Origin: an uncultured Syntrophaceae bacterium
Lineage (GTDB): Bacteria > Desulfobacterota > BSN033 > UBA1163
Assembly (NCBI GenBank): GCA_964353925.1
Contig: CAYGWV010000112.1
Span: 1 to 44,107 of the forward strand
Length of the DNA: 44,107 nucleotides
Direction: 5' to 3'
Of this stretch, positions 35,192 through 44,107 are shown piece by piece (position 1 is the stretch's first letter; every line of letters starts with the position of its first letter). The translations under genes and the position numbers were made by a program. The notes beneath the pieces are model-generated. The model made no database searches. It worked only from the letters and a program-made list of their open reading frames with translations, and was not told the origin of the DNA.

Positions 35192-36178
35192 TCAGCGGAA
35201 AGACCAGATCATAGCGGCGATTCCAAACAGTAGAAATGCGAGCCCCGCGCCCGGCAAGTAGTAACTCTCGGAGTTGATGCCGGGCTCCAACGCAGCCAGG
35301 TCTGGATCGGTTGGGCAGTAGCTTACCGGTACGCCCGTGCCTGAGGGATAGCGCTGGAAAATCGTCTCCGCCCAATCCTGGCTGCTGGATCTGATGAATT
35401 GCCCGAAGTGGCGCACGTTGGAGAAATACCGCTCTCCATTGAGTTCATACTGATAAGCGAGCGGCGCACCGTGCATAGTGAACTGTCCCATGCGGCCCTT
35501 GCTATCTTGTATGACTTGGCCGGTGGCTTCCTGATCCATATACACCACAGCACCGTCGGTGGTCGGCCAGCCCTGGCTCGCGTAAGCGTACCAAAAGTTG
35601 CGCAGCCCGGGCGCAAGTATCGCGACTCCGAACAACATGAAAAAGACCCAGATGAAGCGGGTTATATAGGTGGTTAGAGCAAAGTCTCTCTCCATCGATA
35701 GGTAGCCCAAGACGCAAAATACTCCGAACAGGATCAAGATTGCGCCCCCACAAAGGTACCAGGCAACGTCTGTGTTCACACCAGGCTTGACCGCCGCGAG
35801 CGCGGGGGCATAGGGATGATAAAAGACCGTGACCTTAGTGCCGGCAGGGTAGCGCAACAGCAAGACCGCTTCGTTCGAAATGTCGCCGGATCCAATCGCC
35901 CGTCCGAACTGGACCGTCTCCGTGGTGCAGTCCTGCCCGTTCACCTGATAGCGAAACGCCAACTTCGTCGAGTAGAAGATGTATGTGTTTTTAGTGCCCG
36001 TCTCTTTGGCCTGGCTCTCGGTCATTCCAGCATGGAGCACGACGCCGGAGACGGTGGGCCAATGCGAGCTGGCCAGACCGCGCCAGGCGCTACGCAGCCC
36101 CATCCAGAGGATAATCCCCCCTGGCACGGCCATGAACAGCGCTCCGGCAATCGCCGCAATCCCGATGAGATACTTCAT
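35192..36178 (-). CDS. Membrane protein with two tandem DUF3592-like modules
   Basis: Two repeats share the pattern TM - (S/Q)(H/G)WPT(V/T)xG.V - beta-rich region - TM: SSHWPTVSGVVLHAG...YQVNGQ and SQGWPTTDGAVVYMD...YELNGE. The gene is markedly GC-rich. ATG 36178 is preferred over GTG 36193. Confidence 0.6.
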   Translation of the reverse strand: MKYLIGIAAIAGALFMAVPGGIILWMGLRSAWRGLASSHWPTVSGVVLHAGMTESQAKETGTKNTYIFYSTKLAFRYQVNGQDCTTETVQFGRAIGSGDISNEAVLLLRYPAGTKVTVFYHPYAPALAAVKPGVNTDVAWYLCGGAILILFGVFCVLGYLSMERDFALTTYITRFIWVFFMLFGVAILAPGLRNFWYAYASQGWPTTDGAVVYMDQEATGQVIQDSKGRMGQFTMHGAPLAYQYELNGERYFSNVRHFGQFIRSSSQDWAETIFQRYPSGTGVPVSYCPTDPDLAALEPGINSESYYLPGAGLAFLLFGIAAMIWSFR

Positions 36179-36469
36179 GATCCGTCCGTCCACATCTCCG
36201 AACTTAGGATGCGTTAATCTTCAAGAAACAACTATCATCAAATTCTGAACTAGTCAATCACAATAAAGCGCCTTGTGGAATTTATCTTCTCAAATGAGCT
36301 CAGAGAGAGGTATTTGTGTAGGTGAGACAAAGATTATTGATTTCCATTTGAAAGGTTATACCTTGGAACAAAAATGAACAATCAATGTTACAGGAAGTAC
36401 TCCTCGGGGACAAGATATTCAATTTATAACCCCAAAATACCCCTTTCAATTCGTCCCTGATTTTTTCCT

Positions 36470-36497
36470 TTGTAAGGTTGATGAAATCCGTTATAAT
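36470..36497 (+). promoter_or_regulatory. Sigma-70-like promoter for sucCD (TTGTAA-16 nt-TATAAT)
   Basis: The -35 box is at 36470-36475 and the -10 box at 36492-36497, 35 nt upstream of ATG 36533. Sequence match only. Confidence 0.4.
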
Positions 36498-36532
36498 AAA
36501 CCCGCTTAATTTTAAGAGGGGGAGGAAATGGA

Positions 36533-37714
36533 ATGAAGATCCATGAATATCAGGCAAAAGAGATCCTGAAAAGTTACGGGGTCCCTGTTCCCAGGGGCAG
36601 GGTGGCTGAAACACCGGAAGAAGCCGGAAGAATTGCCAAAGAGATCGGAACGGAGACCATCGTCGTGAAAGCGCAGATTCATGCGGGAGGAAGAGGGAAG
36701 GGGGGAGGGGTCCAGGTTGTTCATTCGGCACAGCAGGCACAGAATGCAGCGAAAAAGATATTGGGAATGACACTGGTCACCCATCAGACGGGACCTGCGG
36801 GCAGGATTGTCCGGAAGGCCCTGATTGAGGAGGGGGTGGAAATCGAGGAGGAGCTTTATCTGGGGATGATGGTTGACCGGTCAGAAGCCTGTCCGGTAAT
36901 CATGGCGAGCCGGGAAGGTGGCGTAGAGATCGAAAAGGTGGCTGCGGAATCCCCCAAGAAGATCATCAAGGAATGGATAAGCCCCGTCACAGGCTTCAGG
37001 CCTTTTCATGCCAACAAGATTGGTTTCGGACTAGGGCTTGAACTGGGTCAGGTAGGAAAAATGCGAGGAATCCTTTCTGGGCTTTACAAGGCATTTATTG
37101 AGAAGGATTGCCTCCTTGCAGAGATAAACCCGCTGGTCCTGACGAAGGGCGGTGATTTGATCGCCCTCGATGCAAAGATGAATTTTGGCGACAACGGACT
37201 CTTCCGTCACAAAGAGATTGCCGCACTCCGGGACCTTAATGAAGAAGACCCCCTTGAGATCGAGGCATCGAAATATAATTTGAATTACATCAAGCTGGAT
37301 GGGAACGTGGGCTGTATGGTGAACGGGGCCGGGCTTGCCATGGCCACCATGGACATTATCAAAGTGGCTGGAGCTAACCCGGCCAATTTTCTTGATGTCG
37401 GGGGCGGCGCTACAGTGGAGATGGTAAAGAACGGCTTCGAAATCCTTATGTCTGACAAGGACGTGAAGGTGGTCTTAATCAATATCTTCGGTGGGATTCT
37501 AAGATGTGACACCCTGGCTGAAGGTGTAACGGAAGCTGTTTCTGAGGTGAAAGTGAAGGTGCCGGTGGTGGTCAGGCTCGAAGGGACCAATGTTGAGGAG
37601 GGGCGGAGGATTCTCAACGAGTCGGGGTTGAATTTCATTGTTGCCCAAGGGATGAAAGAGGCAGCCGAGAAAGTGGTGGAAGCCCTTAAAAAAAGCAAAG
37701 GGCAGAGAGCATAG
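36533..37714 (+). CDS. sucC: Succinyl-CoA synthetase beta subunit (ATP-grasp)
   Basis: MKIHEYQAKEILKSYGVPVP, VVKAQIHAGGRGKGGGV, NGAGLAMATMD, NIFGGI. Confidence 0.95.
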   Translation: MKIHEYQAKEILKSYGVPVPRGRVAETPEEAGRIAKEIGTETIVVKAQIHAGGRGKGGGVQVVHSAQQAQNAAKKILGMTLVTHQTGPAGRIVRKALIEEGVEIEEELYLGMMVDRSEACPVIMASREGGVEIEKVAAESPKKIIKEWISPVTGFRPFHANKIGFGLGLELGQVGKMRGILSGLYKAFIEKDCLLAEINPLVLTKGGDLIALDAKMNFGDNGLFRHKEIAALRDLNEEDPLEIEASKYNLNYIKLDGNVGCMVNGAGLAMATMDIIKVAGANPANFLDVGGGATVEMVKNGFEILMSDKDVKVVLINIFGGILRCDTLAEGVTEAVSEVKVKVPVVVRLEGTNVEEGRRILNESGLNFIVAQGMKEAAEKVVEALKKSKGQRA

Positions 37715-37779
37715 AGCAGAGAGGAAAATGAAAGGTTTGCTATTTTCAACTCTATGCCCCATGCCCTATGCACTATGCG
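37700..37779. repeat. Family B inverted repeat, copy 3, overlapping the sucC stop codon
   Basis: gggcagagagcatagagcagagag (37700-37723) against ctctatgccccatgccctatgcactatgcg (37750-37779). Confidence 0.8.
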
Positions 37780-37800
37780 AATTTTGATTTGGAGGCAAGT

Positions 37801-38673
37801 ATGAGCATCTTAGTTGATGAGAAAACAAGGGTCGTGGTTCAAGGGATTACGGGCAATGAAGGGATGTTTCATACTCGGCAGATGGTGAAGTATGGAACAA
37901 AGGTCGTAGCGGGTGTGACCCCGGGCAAAGGGGGACAGGACATTGATGGGGTCCCGGTCTTCAATACCGTCAGCGAAGCCGTTAGGAAGACGGGCGCCAC
38001 TGCCTCTGCGATCTTCGTCCCTCCAACTTTTGCTGCCGATGCGATTTTGGAAGCCGCTGACGCGGGGATTTCCCTCATCGTCTGTCTTACAGAGGGAATC
38101 CCAACATTAGATATGGTGATGGTCCGGGCTTATCTAAAAGAAAAGGGGGCAAATTTGATCGGGCCGAATACCCCTGGAATTATATCCCCTGGAAAGTGCA
38201 AGATCGGTGTGATGGCAGGGTATATCCATCAGCCGGGGACGATAGGGATCATCTCTCGAAGCGGAACGCTCACCTATGAGGTTGTGGATCAGCTGACCAA
38301 GAGGGGACTCGGACAGTCGACGGCTGTGGGCATAGGGGGCGACCAGATTATCGGGTTAAACTTTGTTGATCTCTTGGAGCTGTTTGAAAAAGACCCTGGA
38401 ACAGAGGCAGTGGTCATGATTGGAGAAATTGGTGGAACAGCAGAAGAGGAAGCAGCTCAATTTATTGAGAAGCATGTTCACAAACCCGTATTGGCTTTCA
38501 TTGCTGGGTTGACCGCGCCGCCTGGACGGAGAATGGGGCACGCTGGTGCGATTATTTCGGGAGGAAAGGGAACAGCCAGAGAGAAAATGGAGGCGTTGGA
38601 AAAGGCAGGCGTAAAGGTCGTCAGAAACCCGGCATTGGTTGGAGAGGAGGTGCAGGCGATTTTAGGAAAATAA
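37801..38673 (+). CDS. sucD: Succinyl-CoA synthetase alpha subunit
   Basis: [33 protein letters not shown], and [15 protein letters not shown] (phosphohistidine loop). ATG 37801 follows GGAGG. Confidence 0.95.
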   Translation: MSILVDEKTRVVVQGITGNEGMFHTRQMVKYGTKVVAGVTPGKGGQDIDGVPVFNTVSEAVRKTGATASAIFVPPTFAADAILEAADAGISLIVCLTEGIPTLDMVMVRAYLKEKGANLIGPNTPGIISPGKCKIGVMAGYIHQPGTIGIISRSGTLTYEVVDQLTKRGLGQSTAVGIGGDQIIGLNFVDLLELFEKDPGTEAVVMIGEIGGTAEEEAAQFIEKHVHKPVLAFIAGLTAPPGRRMGHAGAIISGGKGTAREKMEALEKAGVKVVRNPALVGEEVQAILGK

Positions 38674-38921
38674 ACCAGGGTATGGTGCTTAGCGTTAATA
38701 ATGTGCTTCTGTGCTGCGGTGTTGAAGTGCTGCCGTTTTTCTAACTTTAATGCTTTGAAAAGATTAATTAACTGCAGCGCGTCAGAAGCGCAACACGGCA
38801 ATACCGAGTTTTTGATTAACTCGATAAACCCAATAAACTCAAGAAATTACAGTAAGAGATTTATCTTTTCCTTGATTTATGTTAGTATAACTATTAATCT
38901 CCAATATGAAAGGCATATGAC

Positions 38922-40017
38922 ATGTTACTTGAATTGAGAGATAGACTGAAAGAGTTGAAGGATCGACTGGAATCGCTTCGAGGTCACCTTTGACCCCGAA
39001 GGAAGAAGGAAGAGACTGGACGAGATTGAAAAGATGATGGCAAAGCCTGATTTTTGGGAAGGGGGTGAGGCTGCACAGAAGCTTTTGAAAGAACGATCTT
39101 CTCTTTTAGAGAGTCTTTCACCTTGGGAAGAGGAAAGGAAGGCGTTGGAGGAGATGGAGATCTTCCTTCAACTGGTTGAAGAACAAGGGGATGAGAAAGA
39201 AGCTCAAGAGTTGCTGGAGAGGGTGCAGAAAAGCGAAGAGGCCGTCGACCAGATAGAGTTTAGAAGGATGTTGGGAGGAGACCACGACCCAAGCAATGCA
39301 ATCGTGAGTGTTAATGCAGGGGCCGGTGGAACGGAAGCCCAGGATTGGGTGGAAATGCTTCTGAGAATGTATTTGAGATGGGCAGAAAAAAAGAGATTTG
39401 AGACGAAAATTATTGACATTCTCACAGGCGAAGAAGCTGGCTTGAAAAATGTTACCTTTATGGTCAATGGCCCTTACGCTTATGGATATTTAAAAGCGGA
39501 GAGCGGGATCCATCGAATGGTTCGAATATCGCCTTTTGATGCAGGAGCAAGAAGGCATACCTCCTTTGCCTCGGTTTTTGCCATTCCTGAAGTCTCCGAC
39601 AATATTGTGGTCGCGATCGATGAGAAAGATCTAAGGGTCGATACCTATCGGTCCAGTGGGGCAGGGGGGCAGCACGTCAATAAAACCGATTCTGCAGTCC
39701 GAATCACTCACCTCCCCACGGGCATTGTCGTTCAATGTCAGAACGAACGATCCCAGCATAAAAATAGAGCGACTGCCTTGAAGATATTAAGAGCGCGCCT
39801 TTACGAAAGGGAAATGAAGGAGCAAGAAGACAAGCTGCAGGAACTTCATAACACAAAAAAGGAGATCGCCTGGGGGAGCCAGATTCGTTCTTATATTATG
39901 CACCCTTACAAGATGGTCAAAGACCACCGCAGCAATAAGGTGATCCACCAAGTTGATCGAGTGATGGATGGGGAGATTGACGAATTGATCAAAGCCTATT
40001 TGCTCAGCGCTTCATAA
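38922..40017 (+). CDS. prfB: Peptide chain release factor 2, expressed through a programmed +1 frameshift (frame 0: 38922-38990; +1 frame: 38992-40017)
   Basis: [23 protein letters not shown] then in-frame TGA at 38991. Skipping T38991 gives [22 protein letters not shown]..., which continues into ORF 39034..40017 with SPF and [16 protein letters not shown]. Confidence 0.95.
38980..38994 (+). other. RF2 autoregulatory frameshift site: internal SD-like GAGGT, slippery CTT, TGA C
   Basis: The site reads gaggt cac CTT TGA C, the same layout as the classical E. coli prfB site (SD - 3 nt - CUU UGA C). Confidence 0.9.
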
Positions 40018-40120
40018 GCAGAGTATGAATTGAAGGGGTTTGCCCTTAAATCCTTGAACTTTAGTCGCTCTATGAACTTTAGCTCACTTTAGGCACTTTG
40101 TTGAAAGGGCGTTGAGAGGG

Positions 40121-40149
40121 TTGACTTTTTATGCCGGGGGAAATATCAT
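40121..40149 (+). promoter_or_regulatory. Sigma-70-like promoter candidate (TTGACT-17 nt-TATCAT) upstream of zapB-like/zapA
   Basis: The -35 box is at 40121-40126 and the -10 box at 40144-40149. If real, it excludes ATG 40131 as the start of the next gene. Confidence 0.3.
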
Positions 40150-40166
40150 TAGATAAACATACGGAG

Positions 40167-40403
40167 ATGGCTTCAGAAGAAGAACAAGGATGGCTCGGAA
40201 ATCTGGAGGAGAAAATCCTTCACCTTTTAGCAAAATTTCATGAGTTAAAAAGGGAAAGAGATAATTTGGCCGCGGCCTTGGATATGGAGAGGGGGAAGGT
40301 GATCCAGCTGGAAAAAAAAATGAAGCTCCTCTCCCAGGATAGAGAAAAGGTCAAGACCCGGATCGATCAACTCCTTCATCGTTTTGGGAGCATCGATGCT
40401 TAA
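40167..40403 (+). CDS. ZapB-like coiled-coil cell-division protein (start alternatively ATG 40131)
   Basis: 78-90 aa, heptad-rich (LEEKILHLLAKFHELKRERDNLAAALDMERGKVIQLEKKMKLL), positioned immediately upstream of zapA. Confidence 0.5.
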   Translation: MASEEEQGWLGNLEEKILHLLAKFHELKRERDNLAAALDMERGKVIQLEKKMKLLSQDREKVKTRIDQLLHRFGSIDA

Positions 40404-40439
40404 TCTGCCTCAGGAAGTCATTTAGAAGGTTGGGGAGGA

Positions 40440-40760
40440 ATGGGAAAAGAGCGATTGGTGGAGATCAAGGTGTTTGGCCAGACGTATACAGTCAAAACGG
40501 ATGCAGAAGAAGGTTACATTCAGGAAGTAGCCAAATACGTAAATGAGAAAATGGAGGAAGTGTTAAAAAAGACGAAGAGCGTTTCCACGTTGAATGTAGC
40601 CATTTTGACCGCTCTTAATATTGCAGATGATCTTTTAAAAGAAAAAGAAAGGAGAACCGTTTTGCTTCGAGAGATCGAGGCGAAATCGAGAGATTTAGTC
40701 GAGAAGATTGATATCAAACTGGGGGGGATGGAATTCGAGAAACCCCCGGTCACTGGTTGA
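40440..40760 (+). CDS. zapA: Cell division protein ZapA
   Basis: VEIKVFGQTYTVKTDAEEGYIQEVAKYVNEKMEEV...LNVAILTALNIADDLLKEKE. GGGGAGG precedes the ATG. Confidence 0.85.
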   Translation: MGKERLVEIKVFGQTYTVKTDAEEGYIQEVAKYVNEKMEEVLKKTKSVSTLNVAILTALNIADDLLKEKERRTVLLREIEAKSRDLVEKIDIKLGGMEFEKPPVTG

Positions 40761-40763
40761 TGT

Positions 40764-40874
40764 TCCCCTGCTCTGTTCAAGGGGGTCGGTAGATTTTTCA
40801 TGGACAACCTTTAATAGGGAACCCTTTCCGAACGGTTGCGTTAGATCACTGGCCATGGGACATCGAGCAGGGGA
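40764..40874 (+). ncRNA. Candidate structured RNA (irregular long hairpin) immediately 3' of zapA; possibly part of a 6S-like RNA
   Basis: TCCCCTGCTC (40764-40773) pairs with GAGCAGGGGA (40865-40874). Internal catgg/ccatg and caacc/ggttg pairs enclose loops. ssrS follows zapA in E. coli and a number of other bacteria. At about 111 nt it is shorter than a typical 6S RNA. Confidence 0.2.
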
Positions 40875-41544
40875 TTTGAGATCAACACCGTCGTCAGAAG
40901 ATGGAAGGTGTGGTGGAATAGAGGAAGGAAGGAATTTCATCGATCCTGATATGAGAAGAGAATGGGTTTGATACCTGTTATCGTTTTGAAATTGACCGAA
41001 ATTCTACAGATATTTCCAGAGATGTGGAGTCGATTAGGAAAATCGCTGGAAGTTTCCACAAGATGGGATTATCTATCCCTCTACCGTTCTGCTCTTGAAA
41101 GGAGTTTAGGTTTGGAGAAAAAAAACCTTGGATCCTCCTTTCAAAGGGAAGTAGGATTTCGTGATATAACCAAAGTCAATTGGAAATCACCCTTGGGGTC
41201 CCCCTTATCTTTTCTTCCATATCGGGTTTTGTCGAGCCTACCTTGTTCTCTATCTCATCTCAGATTCCTTTTCCTTCTTAACGGATAATTCTATCTCTTT
41301 TGATCGTAGCGGTGCCTCGGACGGGTGAGGTTTAGGTTAAATCACGAGCCACAGATGTTGTTGTTTCTGAATAATTCATCCATACCCGAAGGGCACCCCT
41401 CTTGCGGCAGACCCTGCACCTAAATATGGCGCAGGGCAGGAAGGGTCGGACTATGAACACGGTCTTCGCTTTTGGTAGTTACGCTGTGCGCTATGCGATT
41501 TTCTATATAAGGAGGTGAGTGAACCGTTGAAGCTATCGCCTGAG

Positions 41545-43095
41545 ATGTATATCATCCTTATTTCAGTGATTGCCTTTCTCGGAGGGATCATTGGGTTCCT
41601 TGTGAGAAAGAGATTTTCTGAGGCCAGAATAGTTTCTTCAGAAGAAGTCGCCAAACGGTTGATCGAAGAAGCTGCGAAAAAGGCTGAGATTTTAAAAAAG
41701 GAAGCCGTTCTTGAAGCCAAAGACAAGTTTTATCAAGAAAAGGCCGAGTTTGAAAAAGAGACGATGGAGAAACGTCAAGAACTTCAGAATCTGGAGAGAA
41801 GGCTCATCCAGAGAGAATCGCATCTAGACAAGAAGATAGAGCTTCTTGACACCAAGGAGACAGATATCACTCGTCGGGAAAAAACGTTGCTCCAGCAGGA
41901 AAAGGCGGTTCAGGAGCAGGAGAGAAAGGTGACTGCCATCCTCGAAAAACAGCGTATTCAATTGGAGAACATTGCAAAAATGTCTTCAGAAGAGGCAAAG
42001 CGCTTGTTGATGGAGTCAATGGAGAATGAGGCCAAGCACGAAGCAGCCAAGAGGATAAGAAGGATTGAAGAAGAAACGAAAGAACTCGCCGATAAAAAGT
42101 CGAAGGAGATTATCAGTCTGGCCGTTCAACGCTATGCTGGGGAGTATGTGGCTGAGAAGACGGTTTCCGTAGTCACTCTGCCCAATGAAGAGATGAAAGG
42201 CCGCATCATTGGTCGTGAAGGTCGAAACATCCGAGCCCTCGAAGCGGCCACGGGAATTGATCTGATCATCGACGATACGCCAGAGGCGGTGATCCTTTCA
42301 GGATTCAATCCCGTGCGGAGGGAAATTGCCCGCATTGCCTTGGAGCGTTTGGTGAGCGACGGGCGCATCCATCCTGCACGGATTGAAGAGATTGTTCAAA
42401 AGGTGGAGCAGGAAGTTGAAACATCCATTCGGGAGGCAGGGGAACAGGCGACTTTCGACGTGGGCGTCCATGGCGTGCATCCGGAGTTGATTAAACTCAT
42501 CGGCCGGCTCAAATATCGAACGAGTTTTGCCCAGAATGTCTATCAGCACTCCTTGGAAGTGGCATTTCTTTGCGGGATCATGGCCTCTGAACTAGGAGTC
42601 AATGGGAAACAAGCCAAGAGAGCAGGCCTTCTCCATGACATTGGAAAGGCCGTCGATCATGAAGTGGAAGGCTCCCATGGAAAGATCGGAGCAGATCTGG
42701 CAAAAAAATATGGCGAATCGTCTGTCATTGTTCATTCTATCGCCTCTCATCATGAAGAAGAAAAGCCCGAATCCATTTTGGATGTTTTGGTGGAGGCTGC
42801 GGACGCTCTTTCAGGGGCTAGGCCTGGAGCGAGGCGGGAGATGTTGGAGACCTATGTGAAGCGGCTGGAGGATTTGGAAAAGATCGCCCAATCTTTCTCT
42901 GGGGTGGAGAAATCTTATGCCATCCAAGCAGGTCAGGAAATTCGTATCTTAGTTCAACCCGATCGAATCTCCGATGAGGATTCTGTTATTCTTTCTCGAG
43001 ATATCGCCCGTAAGATTGAAAAAGAAATGACCTATCCTGGTCAGATAAAGGTAACAGTGATTAGGGAAATGCGTGCTGTGGAAGTCGCGAAATAG
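41545..43095 (+). CDS. rny: Ribonuclease Y (N-terminal TM helix, coiled coil, KH and HD domains)
   Basis: [37 protein letters not shown] (KH domain), LLHDIGKA...HHEE (HD domain). The ORF is open from GTG 41515; TTG 41527 is an alternative start. Confidence 0.9.
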   Translation: MYIILISVIAFLGGIIGFLVRKRFSEARIVSSEEVAKRLIEEAAKKAEILKKEAVLEAKDKFYQEKAEFEKETMEKRQELQNLERRLIQRESHLDKKIELLDTKETDITRREKTLLQQEKAVQEQERKVTAILEKQRIQLENIAKMSSEEAKRLLMESMENEAKHEAAKRIRRIEEETKELADKKSKEIISLAVQRYAGEYVAEKTVSVVTLPNEEMKGRIIGREGRNIRALEAATGIDLIIDDTPEAVILSGFNPVRREIARIALERLVSDGRIHPARIEEIVQKVEQEVETSIREAGEQATFDVGVHGVHPELIKLIGRLKYRTSFAQNVYQHSLEVAFLCGIMASELGVNGKQAKRAGLLHDIGKAVDHEVEGSHGKIGADLAKKYGESSVIVHSIASHHEEEKPESILDVLVEAADALSGARPGARREMLETYVKRLEDLEKIAQSFSGVEKSYAIQAGQEIRILVQPDRISDEDSVILSRDIARKIEKEMTYPGQIKVTVIREMRAVEVAK

Positions 43096-43136
43096 ATTTA
43101 TAGTGAATGCCATCAACAAATTGACATTCACGTGTT

Positions 43137-43224
43137 GTCATTGTGAACGAAGTGAAGCAATCTTCCTGCCTTGTGGGACCACGTTGCTTCGCTCCTCGCA
43201 ATGACTATTTTATTAAACCGTTCA
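43137..43224. repeat. Family A palindromic element, copy 3, with inverted 16-nt flank TTTATTAAACCGTTCA
   Basis: The element reads gtcattgtgaacgaagtgaagcaatc...gttgcttcgctcctcgcaatgac (43137-43205). The flank is at 43209-43224. Confidence 0.85.
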
Positions 43225-43324
43225 CTATTGGTAACATAGTCTGAAGGTAAAAAGAGAAAGGCTAAATGAGCTTGGGTGAGGTTTAAAAGACTATTTTTTA
43301 TGAATATGAATCACATTTCAATTT

Positions 43325-43348
43325 GCGCTATGCTCTACGCGCTTTGCC
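43325..43348. repeat. Solo family B half-site (gcgctatgctctacgcgctttgcc)
   Basis: Same unit type as the right arms of B1-B3, with no obvious partner arm. A similar half-site, ctgtgcgctatgcga, lies at 41484-41498 upstream of rny. Confidence 0.5.
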
Positions 43349-43372
43349 TTTTTTTGGCTATAGGATTGAAGG

Positions 43373-44107
43373 ATGCGCATCCTTTTTGTAGGGGATATTG
43401 TTGGTAAAGCAGGTCGTCAAGCTATTCAAGAGGTTTTGGAAGAAACGATTGAAGCCTATAAGATTGAATTCACGATTGCCAATGGAGAGAACGCAGCAGG
43501 AGGAATAGGAATTACCCCTCCCATTGCTATAGAGATTCTGGGTCAAGGCGTGGATGTCCTGACCTCAGGAAACCATATCTGGGCGAAAAAAGAAATTTTT
43601 TCTTTCTTAGATGAAGAGTCTCGAATCTTAAGACCAGCCAATTATCCACCTCGTGTACCAGGAAGAGGAGCAGGAGTTTTTGAAATGGGAAACGGGGGAA
43701 AAATAGGGGTCCTAAATTTGGAAGGCAGGGTCTTCATGAAACATCTGGATTGTCCTTTCCGCACGGGGGAAAGAGAAATAGAAACCTTAAACAAAGAGAC
43801 CAACATCATTATTGTCGATTTCCATGCAGAAGCCACTTCTGAAAAGATGGCAATGGGATGGTTTTTAAATGGAAAAGTAAGTGCCGTATTGGGAACCCAT
43901 ACTCATGTGCAGACCAGCGATGAGAGGGTTTTGAACGAAGGGACAGCTTACATCACCGATGTGGGGATGACAGGCCCTTTAGACTCTGTGATTGGGATTC
44001 GTAAACAGGTGGCTTTGGAACGATTATTAACTCAAATTCCCTGGAAATTTGATGTTGCCACAGAAGAGATCGTACTTCAAGGGGTGGTGATTGAAGTCGA
44101 TTCTGAA
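43373..44107 (+). CDS. ymdB: YmdB-type metallophosphoesterase (TIGR00282-like 2',3'-cyclic-nucleotide phosphodiesterase), 3' end cut by window edge
   Basis: Absent from the ORF track because there is no stop codon. ATG 43373 opens MRILFVGDIVGKAGR...ANGENAAGG...TSGNH...DFHAEATSEK...GTHTHVQT..., in frame to nt 44107. The rny-ymdB order matches B. subtilis. Confidence 0.85.
   Translation, partial: MRILFVGDIVGKAGRQAIQEVLEETIEAYKIEFTIANGENAAGGIGITPPIAIEILGQGVDVLTSGNHIWAKKEIFSFLDEESRILRPANYPPRVPGRGAGVFEMGNGGKIGVLNLEGRVFMKHLDCPFRTGEREIETLNKETNIIIVDFHAEATSEKMAMGWFLNGKVSAVLGTHTHVQTSDERVLNEGTAYITDVGMTGPLDSVIGIRKQVALERLLTQIPWKFDVATEEIVLQGVVIEVDSE

Noticed and set aside
20495-36469. Calling the accessory segment a genomic island or integrative mobile element
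   Set aside because: No integrase, recombinase, transposase, conjugation gene, tRNA attachment site or flanking direct repeats are visible. Only compositional mosaicism supports a foreign origin.
40695-41288. ORFs 40708..40971 (+), 40962..41288 (+) and 40695..40940 (-)
   Set aside because: They have no ribosome-binding sites, give compositionally odd translations and contain no recognisable motifs. The region is treated as non-coding and flagged as an RNA candidate.

Overview
Bacterial window: genes have Shine-Dalgarno leaders, and RF2 with its +1 frameshift, ZapA and RNase Y/YmdB are present. It falls into three blocks. (1) nt 1-20.5 kb is a single + strand array. It holds a carboxyltransferase (5' truncated), a LacI regulator, malate dehydrogenase, a two-subunit class I fumarase and a MenA-like prenyltransferase. 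These are followed by an 11-gene soluble Hdr/MvhD/FrhB-like flavin-FeS cluster that ends in a TfrAB-like (non-anchored) fumarate reductase. I rank this cluster as the most interesting system in the window. (2) nt 20.5-36.4 kb is an accessory, compositionally mosaic segment that separates the genes above from sucCD. It contains a secreted amidohydrolase and a poly-gamma-glutamate locus, with pgsBC divergent from a GGT/permease/zinc-carboxypeptidase operon. It also has an AT-rich run of small minus-strand genes, including a serpin-like protein and two zinc-ribbon proteins, and a GC-rich tandem-DUF3592 membrane protein. (3) nt 36.5-44.1 kb is core: sucCD, prfB, a zapB-like gene, zapA, a roughly 750-nt non-coding gap, rny and ymdB (3' truncated). 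Intergenic spaces throughout are occupied by at least eight families of low-complexity palindromic repeats. I recognised no tRNA, rRNA, CRISPR array, transposase or integrase. All calls rest on reading the sequence and recalled family motifs; no database search was run.
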